Shown in pieces: positions 57,318 through 64,000 of a DNA stretch of 64,000 bases (position 1 is its first letter; every line of letters starts with the position of its first letter). The notes beneath the pieces were generated by a model. The model was not told the origin of the DNA. It ran no database searches and saw only the letters and a list, made by a program, of their open reading frames with translations. Both the position numbers and the translations under genes were made by a program. The DNA comes from Deltaproteobacteria bacterium (GTDB lineage Bacteria; Desulfobacterota; Syntrophia; Syntrophales; UBA2210), in contig JAFDAI010000006.1 in the NCBI GenBank assembly GCA_019313905.1, forward strand, positions 9,264-73,263, read 5' to 3'.

Positions 57318-58838
57318 GTGAATAAAAAGAATAATAATTCGAATAATAATCATATTGAACTTTCCGGATTGTCGAATCACCTTTGGGAATCGGCAAGCAT
57401 ATTACGCGGTCCTATCGATGCGGCGGATTTCAAGACATATATTTTCCCGTTTTTATTCTTTAAGAGAATTTCAGATGTTTATGACGAAGAGATGAAAGCT
57501 GCTTTGGATGAATCCGATGGTGACCTTGAATACGCACAGTTTCCAGAAAACCATCGTTTCCAGATCCCGAATGACTGCCACTGGGAGGACATTCGAGAAA
57601 AAGGCGAAAATATCGGCTATGCGCTTCAGGAGGCCATGCGCAGTATAGAAAAGGCGAATCCCGACACTTTGCATAGTATATTTGGAGACGCTCAGTGGAC
57701 AAACAAAGACCGACTATCAGACGCACTCTTGAAAGACCTGATCGAACATTTTTCGAAATTGAGCCTTGGGAACCAAAACTGTAAAGCCGATATCCTCGGT
57801 CAATCCTATGAATATCTCATCAAAAAGTTTGCTGATCTGACGAATAAAAAGGCCGGTGAGTTCTATACGCCTCGTTCCGTTGTTGCGTTGATGGTGAGAA
57901 TACTGGCGCCGAGAGAAGGCGGAACAATCTATGATCCTGCCTGTGGAACCGGTGGAATGCTTTTAGAAGCACTGCATTATGTCAAAGAGCATGGTGGTAG
58001 TGAGAATTTGATGCTGGGAAAATTATATGGACAGGAAAAAAACCTGACAACGTCAGCCATTGCAAGAATGAATCTGTTTCTTCATGGGGCGGAAGATTTT
58101 CGCATTGAACGAGGAGATACCCTCCGCCTGCCTGCGTTCTACTCAGGCGACAGCTTGGCTACTTTTGATTGCGTCATTGCAAATCCACCTTTTTCACTCC
58201 AGAAGTGGGGTGATGAAATTTGGCAAAATGATCCGTATGGGCGAAATTTTGTAGGCTTGCCACCTGCTAAGACCGGTGATTTCGCCTGGGTTCAGCACAT
58301 GATCAAATCCATGGCACCCAAAACAGGTCGCATGGCTGTTGTTCTACCACACGGCGTACTTTTCCGCATGGCCAAAGAGGGCAAAATTCGGCGCAAACTC
58401 ATTGAAATTGATATTCTTGAGGCAGTCATTGGATTAGGACCAAATCTTTTTTACGGCACCGGCTTGGCGGCCTGTATATTGGTCTTTCGAGCAACGAAAC
58501 AACAGTCGCACCGGGAAAGGGTGCTCTTCATCGACGCATCAAAAGAATTCAAGACAGGTAGAGCACAGAACGAGCTTTTACCGGAACATATAGAGAATAT
58601 ACATGGGTGGTATGCTGATTTTCAAGATGTCGAAGGTGCTTGTCGGGTAATCACGCTCGATGAAGTCAGGGAGAATGACTACAACCTGAACATCCCACGC
58701 TACGTGGAACCGGTTATCGAAGAAGAAACCATGACCTTGGATCAGGCTATCGCAAATTTTAAAGAATCGATTGAGGCAGCATATAAAGCGGAAGATCGAC
58801 TTAAAGATTTATTGAAGCGTGAGGGTCTAATGACATGA
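57318..58838 (+). CDS. hsdM: type I restriction-modification DNA methyltransferase subunit M, copy 1
   Basis: 506 aa. HsdM_N-type start (LW..A..LRG), EFYTPRSVV, DPACGTGGML (motif I) and NPPF (motif IV). Confidence 0.9.
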   Translation: MNKKNNNSNNNHIELSGLSNHLWESASILRGPIDAADFKTYIFPFLFFKRISDVYDEEMKAALDESDGDLEYAQFPENHRFQIPNDCHWEDIREKGENIGYALQEAMRSIEKANPDTLHSIFGDAQWTNKDRLSDALLKDLIEHFSKLSLGNQNCKADILGQSYEYLIKKFADLTNKKAGEFYTPRSVVALMVRILAPREGGTIYDPACGTGGMLLEALHYVKEHGGSENLMLGKLYGQEKNLTTSAIARMNLFLHGAEDFRIERGDTLRLPAFYSGDSLATFDCVIANPPFSLQKWGDEIWQNDPYGRNFVGLPPAKTGDFAWVQHMIKSMAPKTGRMAVVLPHGVLFRMAKEGKIRRKLIEIDILEAVIGLGPNLFYGTGLAACILVFRATKQQSHRERVLFIDASKEFKTGRAQNELLPEHIENIHGWYADFQDVEGACRVITLDEVRENDYNLNIPRYVEPVIEEETMTLDQAIANFKESIEAAYKAEDRLKDLLKREGLMT

Positions 58839-61096
58839 AAGATGCACAAAAACCAGATCACATAAGTCTGAACACACTCATTAATAGACTGAAGGAAGGC
58901 CGATTCGTTATTCCGGATTTTCAGAGAGAGTTCGAATGGCGGCCTTGGGATATCAAAGATTTAATGCGATCAATCTTTCTCGATTATTACATTGGCAGCA
59001 TGTTGTTATGGAAAGGTAAAAGAGAGAATTTCAATGCCTTATCCTGCGAAATTCTCTATGGATTCGACAACAAAACCGGGCAGCATCCTTGGAACTACAA
59101 TGGTGGCAAACCGGAGTACATCGTGCTTGATGGACAACAGCGACTCACGGCTCTATATTATGCATTCATTGCGCCAGATGTACCACTGCCCAATAGGGCT
59201 AATCGTGCGGTTTATTTTATACATGTCGATAAGTTCATGGACGAACACTACGATGAAGCCTTTCAATATGATTGGCTTTCGAGGCGCTTTAATAAAATCT
59301 TGAATGATCGTAAGGTGCAGTATGATGAACATATATTTCCTCTCTCAGTGGTAGGCGCCGGGGGATGGGATTTGCCTAATTGGGTGCAAGGTTATGAGCA
59401 ATACTGGGGAAAAGCGGCGTCAGATGCCCAAGGTCGTGGCAATGCAGCAGAAGCAGAGAGTGCAAAACGACATGCTCAGAATGCGAAAGCATTCGGCGAG
59501 CACCTGAAAGGTATCACTGAAGAATATCAGATTGCATATATAGAGCTCAATAAAGACATAGCGGTCGATAAGGTTTGTGACATTTTTACCCAGATCAACA
59601 GTCGTGGTATTAGGCTTGATGTTTTCGACCTCGTCAACGCCCTGATTAAGCCAAAGGGACTTCAGCTCAAACACATGTGGAGAAAAGCGGCGCCCCGCTT
59701 AGAGTTTGTTGATACGGAAAAGATGAATGTCTATATTTTGCAGGTAATGTCAATCTTGCGACAGTCTTACTGCTCTCCAAAATATCTCTATTATTTGCTT
59801 CCCGGTCAGGAAAAACAGGTAAGAGACCCCGATGGCACAAAAAGAAAAGAAGTCCTCATACCGGACATCGTTGATTTCGAGAAGCGATGGGATGAGGCCG
59901 TAGTTGCACTTGAGAATGCGATCAGGCTCTTACGACATCCACAAGAGTTTGGAGCTGTTTCGTCACAATACCTGCCTTATGTTTCCGTTCTTCCCGTTTT
60001 TGCAGCCTTGCAGGCGCAAAGCACAACCCTGCCCGCCAACAAGCGGCTTGATGCCCAGCGCAAAATCCGTTATTGGTACTGGGCATCGGTGTTCATAAAC
60101 CGTTATTCAGGCTCTGTTGAGTCGACAAGTGCCCGTGATTTCCTTGATGTAAAGGCATGGTTAGAAGATGATGCTGCCGAACCTGTGCTATTACAGGAGT
60201 TCAAGATCCATTTCAAGAATCTGGAGTTACGCAAAGAAAACAAGAAAGGCACTTCTGTTTACAACGGCATATTTAACTTGCTTGTTCTTCAGGGCGCTCG
60301 GGACTGGATGACTGGCAATGTTCCGCAATATGATGATCTTGATGACCACCATATTGTGCCCGCCTCTTGGGGGGCAAGGAATCTGGGAAACAACTCTGTT
60401 CACACAATCCTTAACAGAACCCCGTTGAGTGCTGATACCAATAGGAATATTATTAACGATAGATTGCCTAATGAATATCTACCAGAACTGATCTCAAACA
60501 ATGGGGAGAAGGCTGTGCGCGCTATCCTCGAGTCGCACTTTATATCGCAAGTGGCGCAGGAAATCTTAATGCGCGATCCGTTTACTCCTGATGATTTTGA
60601 GGCATTTATTTCTGAGCGCCAGCGCACTATTCAAGATGCCATAGAGAATCTACTAATCAAAGAGCGTCTGGATCTTTCGCCTCAGCTCCGTGAGTTGGAT
60701 GAGAACATTGAACAAACAGAACTTGGCTTACGCCAGATAATTGTCAAAACCTTTGGCGAAGATGCCTCACAACTTCCTCAACACATTCAACAAAAAGTCG
60801 GTGAAAGAATTCAAGGTGCAGCTAAGAAAAATCCCGCTATGGATACGGAACGGTATCAAACCCTTCCCGGCATGATTGAGTTCTTTGACCTGCGGGACCT
60901 TCAGGACGCAATTACATCCAAGACATATTGGGCACAATTCGAATCAAGATTCTCTAATAAAGAAATGCTTATGGCAAAGTTCAGTCAACTAGTAGGGCTC
61001 AGGAATGTCATTCGCCATAGCCGTACAGTCGACGATATTACCAGGAAAGAGGGCGAGGCAGCGATTCTTTGGTTTAAACAGGTCTTGGGGAAATGA
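58835..61096 (+). CDS. DUF262 (ParB/GmrS-like) + His-Me finger (DUF1524-like) + C-terminal Swt1-like HEPN fusion protein
   Basis: IPDFQREFEW and DGQQRLT (aa 99-105, nt 59129-59149). DDHHIVP...N...N (His pair at nt 60347-60352). LRNVIRHS Rx4H HEPN motif (nt 61001-61018). ATGA overlaps at both ends. Confidence 0.7.
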   Translation: MKDAQKPDHISLNTLINRLKEGRFVIPDFQREFEWRPWDIKDLMRSIFLDYYIGSMLLWKGKRENFNALSCEILYGFDNKTGQHPWNYNGGKPEYIVLDGQQRLTALYYAFIAPDVPLPNRANRAVYFIHVDKFMDEHYDEAFQYDWLSRRFNKILNDRKVQYDEHIFPLSVVGAGGWDLPNWVQGYEQYWGKAASDAQGRGNAAEAESAKRHAQNAKAFGEHLKGITEEYQIAYIELNKDIAVDKVCDIFTQINSRGIRLDVFDLVNALIKPKGLQLKHMWRKAAPRLEFVDTEKMNVYILQVMSILRQSYCSPKYLYYLLPGQEKQVRDPDGTKRKEVLIPDIVDFEKRWDEAVVALENAIRLLRHPQEFGAVSSQYLPYVSVLPVFAALQAQSTTLPANKRLDAQRKIRYWYWASVFINRYSGSVESTSARDFLDVKAWLEDDAAEPVLLQEFKIHFKNLELRKENKKGTSVYNGIFNLLVLQGARDWMTGNVPQYDDLDDHHIVPASWGARNLGNNSVHTILNRTPLSADTNRNIINDRLPNEYLPELISNNGEKAVRAILESHFISQVAQEILMRDPFTPDDFEAFISERQRTIQDAIENLLIKERLDLSPQLRELDENIEQTELGLRQIIVKTFGEDASQLPQHIQQKVGERIQGAAKKNPAMDTERYQTLPGMIEFFDLRDLQDAITSKTYWAQFESRFSNKEMLMAKFSQLVGLRNVIRHSRTVDDITRKEGEAAILWFKQVLGK

Positions 61097-62613
61097 ATAA
61101 ACGTATTGCACAAGCTGAACTTGAATCATACCTCTGGGGTGCGGCAACCCTGCTGCGCGGCCACATCGATGCCGGGGACTACAAACAATTTATTTTCCCC
61201 CTGCTTTTCTACAAGAGGTTGTGCGACGTCTATGATGGGGAAATTACTCAATCATTGGAAGAATCAAGTGGCGATAAAGAATATGCCAGGCTCCCGGAGC
61301 AGCATCGGTTTCAAATCCCGATGGAAGCGCACTGGAAAGTCATTCGCACCAAGGTCAAAAATATCGGCAAGGCCATTCAGGATGCTCTCCGCTCAATCGA
61401 AAAGACAAATCCCGATACCCTCTATAGCGTATTCGGGGATGCACAATGGACCAACAAGGAACGACTGCCGGACAGCATGCTTAGAGAGCTCATCGAACAT
61501 TTCAGTTCCAAAACACTATCCATAGAAAATTTGCCTGAGGATGAACTCGGACTTGGATATGAATTTCTTATAAAGAAGTTTGCCGACGACTCCGGACATA
61601 CGGCGGCTGAATTCTATACTAACCGGACCCTGGTCCATCTTATGACCGAAATGCTTGAACCAAGCCCGGGTGAATCAATTTACGATCCCACATGCGGTTC
61701 TGCCGGGATGCTGCTCTCCGCTGTGTCGCATTTAAAACGGCAAAACAATGAATGGCGCAATCTCAAACTTTACGGCCAGGAACGCAACCTGTTGACCTCG
61801 GCGATAGGTCGTATGAATCTCTTCCTGCACGGTATTGTCGACTTTAAGATCGTCAGGGGAGATACACTTGCGCACCCGGCATATGTGCAGGGCGATCGGC
61901 TCATGCAATTCGACGTTGTGCTGGCCAATCCACCATATTCCATCAAACAGTGGGATCGTAAAGCCTGGTCATCTGATCCGTGGGGGCGCAATATTTACGG
62001 TACGCCACCACAGGGCCGTGCTGACTATGCCTTCTGGCAGCATATTATCGCCAGCATGAAACCTAAAACCGGCCGCTGCGCAATCCTCTTCCCCCATGGT
62101 GTCCTTTTCCGCAACGAAGAACTTGGTATGCGTGAGAAGCTCATCGCTCATGACTTGATAGAGTGTGTACTCGGGCTGGGACCGAATCTATTTTATAACT
62201 CGCCAATGGAGGCCTGTGTCGTTATCTGCCGCATGGCCAAACCACGAGAAAGGCGGAACAAAGTTCTCTTCATAAATGCGGTAAACGAAGTCACCCGAGA
62301 GCGGGCGCAGAGTTTTCTGACTGACGAGCATATTTCAAAGATCGTGAATGCATATCGTGATTTTGAAGACTCAAACGGATTTGCTCGTGTAGCTGATGTG
62401 AGCGAAGTTCGGGAAAAAGGAAATAATTTGAGTATCCCACTCTACGTGCGAATGAACAATGGAAATCATGTGCTCGGCATTGCAGAACACGCGCCTCCAT
62501 ACGGACTCACGCCGCTTACTCAAGCAATAGATGAGTGGCAAAAAAGCTCACAAGAATTACATGAATCTCTAAATGAATTATTTGAAACTCTGGAGGGCAA
62601 TTACCGTGGATAA
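61093..62613 (+). CDS. hsdM: type I RM methyltransferase subunit M, copy 2 (divergent paralog)
   Basis: Also 506 aa and colinear with copy 1 (roughly half or more of N-terminal residues identical by eye). NPPY motif IV. Atypical EFYTNRTLV and DPTCGSAGML. Confidence 0.85.
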   Translation: MNKRIAQAELESYLWGAATLLRGHIDAGDYKQFIFPLLFYKRLCDVYDGEITQSLEESSGDKEYARLPEQHRFQIPMEAHWKVIRTKVKNIGKAIQDALRSIEKTNPDTLYSVFGDAQWTNKERLPDSMLRELIEHFSSKTLSIENLPEDELGLGYEFLIKKFADDSGHTAAEFYTNRTLVHLMTEMLEPSPGESIYDPTCGSAGMLLSAVSHLKRQNNEWRNLKLYGQERNLLTSAIGRMNLFLHGIVDFKIVRGDTLAHPAYVQGDRLMQFDVVLANPPYSIKQWDRKAWSSDPWGRNIYGTPPQGRADYAFWQHIIASMKPKTGRCAILFPHGVLFRNEELGMREKLIAHDLIECVLGLGPNLFYNSPMEACVVICRMAKPRERRNKVLFINAVNEVTRERAQSFLTDEHISKIVNAYRDFEDSNGFARVADVSEVREKGNNLSIPLYVRMNNGNHVLGIAEHAPPYGLTPLTQAIDEWQKSSQELHESLNELFETLEGNYRG

Positions 62614-63922
62614 AGCCACACCCTTCTCCCAAGAGAAGCTCAATGAAATATTTAAAATATTGCCTAAGAACCCCGAAAGAGTAATTTCTCGGGAAAGCAG
62701 AAATTTAGAATTTAAAGAATCCTTCGGCTGGAAAAGTCTGCCAAAGTATCTCAAGACATGTGCTTCATTTGCTAATACAAAAGGAGGATACATTGTATAT
62801 GGCATAGCAAATCGGCCGCATAAGCTCATTGGTCTTACAGGGGCCAATTTGAAGTTGTTCGAAGGCATTGATCCTGCGAAATTGGCAATGTATTTTAATG
62901 AACATTTTTCACCCGAGATGATTTGGGATATCCAAGAGTATGAACTCAGTGGAAGAAGCTATGGTCTTCTATATGTACACGAATCGCAGGATAAGCCGGT
63001 TGTCTGCACCAAGAATGCAGAACAAGAGCTAAAAGAAGGGGATATTTACTATCGGTATCGTGGGCGCTCCCAAAGAATTAAATATCCAGAATTGCGAAGT
63101 ATTTTGGATTATAAGAGAGAGAGCGAACAGCGGCTATGGATGCGACACCTTACACAGATTGCCAAGATTGGCGTTAAGGACACTGGAATTTTTGATCTTC
63201 AAACAGGGCAAGTTACCGGAACAGAAGGAGCCTTTCTTATTGATGAATCTTTGCTGAGTCAGTTGTCTTTTATAAAGGAAGGAGAGTTTTTCGAGACTAA
63301 GGGCAGGCCAACGCTTAAACTCATTGGAAGCATAAAATCAATTAAAGGTGGTCTGCCAATAATTGGACAAAAACAGATAATCAGAAGTAAAGGAATACGA
63401 ATCGGTGATATAGTCTTGGCATTCCTAAATAACCTGAAGATTGATGATCCAACCGAGTATATCAAACAAATCTGTTTCGAAAGTACAGGGTTTCTACCTG
63501 TATATTATTTTATGCATAGAAGTGGTTTTAATAAAGACAAAACGATTGGCTTAATCGAAAAAGTTATATCCCGTTCTCAGTCAAAAAATAAATTGCTTGA
63601 GCGATTACAGGAACAAAAAACTCAATATTTAAAACTATCTTTATCAAATACGCCTGCCGCCGTAAAAAGACGGACATATGTCGAACAAGCCAAAAAGAAA
63701 GGGATTCCTTTAGATCTTGGCAACCAGGAGATCAATTATTGCCTGAAAGGGCTGCGCACGCTCACTCCCGAAGAAGTAAAAAGACTCTCTGATTACATCT
63801 GTGACACATTGAGAACGTGGTTCAATAAGCACTATGCATCTGGCGATGGAGTGTTGGCAGACAATCTCAGACGGACAATATGCTGGGTCGATGAAGCGCT
63901 GTACATGGAGGGTCTGGAATGA
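62606..63922 (+). CDS. Schlafen/AlbA_2-domain putative nucleic-acid-binding protein
   Basis: ESRNLEFKESF...KTCASFANTKGGYIVYGI is the AlbA_2 signature. The C-terminal ~250 aa are unassigned. GTG at 62606 follows GGAGGG and overlaps the hsdM2 stop by 8 nt. Confidence 0.65.
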   Translation: MDKATPFSQEKLNEIFKILPKNPERVISRESRNLEFKESFGWKSLPKYLKTCASFANTKGGYIVYGIANRPHKLIGLTGANLKLFEGIDPAKLAMYFNEHFSPEMIWDIQEYELSGRSYGLLYVHESQDKPVVCTKNAEQELKEGDIYYRYRGRSQRIKYPELRSILDYKRESEQRLWMRHLTQIAKIGVKDTGIFDLQTGQVTGTEGAFLIDESLLSQLSFIKEGEFFETKGRPTLKLIGSIKSIKGGLPIIGQKQIIRSKGIRIGDIVLAFLNNLKIDDPTEYIKQICFESTGFLPVYYFMHRSGFNKDKTIGLIEKVISRSQSKNKLLERLQEQKTQYLKLSLSNTPAAVKRRTYVEQAKKKGIPLDLGNQEINYCLKGLRTLTPEEVKRLSDYICDTLRTWFNKHYASGDGVLADNLRRTICWVDEALYMEGLE

Positions 63923-64000
63923 GCATACTCGAAGATCTCGCTCGGTGGGTAGAAAAAAAGCCTTTGGTTTTGATGAGATTTGACAAGGAATTTGCTGAGT
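63919..64000 (+). CDS. 5' end of a further coupled ORF, function unknown (runs off the right edge)
   Basis: ATGA overlap with the preceding stop. Manual translation gives MSILEDLARWVEKKPLVLMRFDKEFAE.... Only 27 codons are visible. Confidence 0.35.
   Translation, partial: MSILEDLARWVEKKPLVLMRFDKEFAE

Overview
This is a 64-kb chromosomal window from a bacterium. Its sigma-54/NtrC-type regulation, PEP-CTERM protein, dprA-topA-trmFO synteny and heavy AGA/AGG/ATA codon use (with a matching tRNA-Arg(TCT)) suggest a Desulfobacterota-like anaerobe. The phylum cannot be fixed from sequence alone.

Roughly 1-40 kb is densely packed housekeeping:
- Repair and metabolism: nnr, pyk, pgk, ispD/ispF, rfbD, nadC, birA, coaX.
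- DNA and RNA functions: ligA, carD, truA, mutL, miaA, valS, trmFO, topA, dprA.
- Others: cation transporters, a Pit phosphate transporter flanked by two DUF47 genes, an EF-G paralog.

40-48.8 kb is more accessory:
- a 958-aa secreted BACON/Ig-like protein;
- tRNA-Arg and tRNA-His;
- a PEP-CTERM protein with a sigma-54 promoter;
- a decayed IS110 transposase;
- a histidine kinase plus NtrC-type regulator.

48.8-55.9 kb is a self-contained type II FAS-like lipid cluster: acyl-CoA dehydrogenase, KAS III, FabA, FabG, a hotdog dehydratase, KAS I/II, its own ACP, an acyltransferase and a PPTase. It sits behind a second sigma-54 promoter.

56-64 kb is a defence-type island. It starts with a DUF4143 ATPase. 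A translationally coupled operon follows: hsdM, a DUF262/His-Me/HEPN fusion, a second paralogous hsdM, a Schlafen/AlbA_2 protein and one more gene. No hsdS or hsdR is present in the window. This operon is my best candidate for an undescribed system.

Non-coding signals:
- a 180-bp MITE-like insertion with 20-21 bp terminal inverted repeats;
- a ~100-nt structured element in two copies with compensatory stem changes;
- a near-identical ~40-nt leader module in front of two tRNA-modification genes (miaA, trmFO), read in different frames;
- a family of 7-nt-periodic leader repeats.

Two housekeeping genes (an aminotransferase and mutL) carry out-of-frame 3'-proximal gaps.

All family assignments come from motifs I recognise by eye. 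No database search was run.
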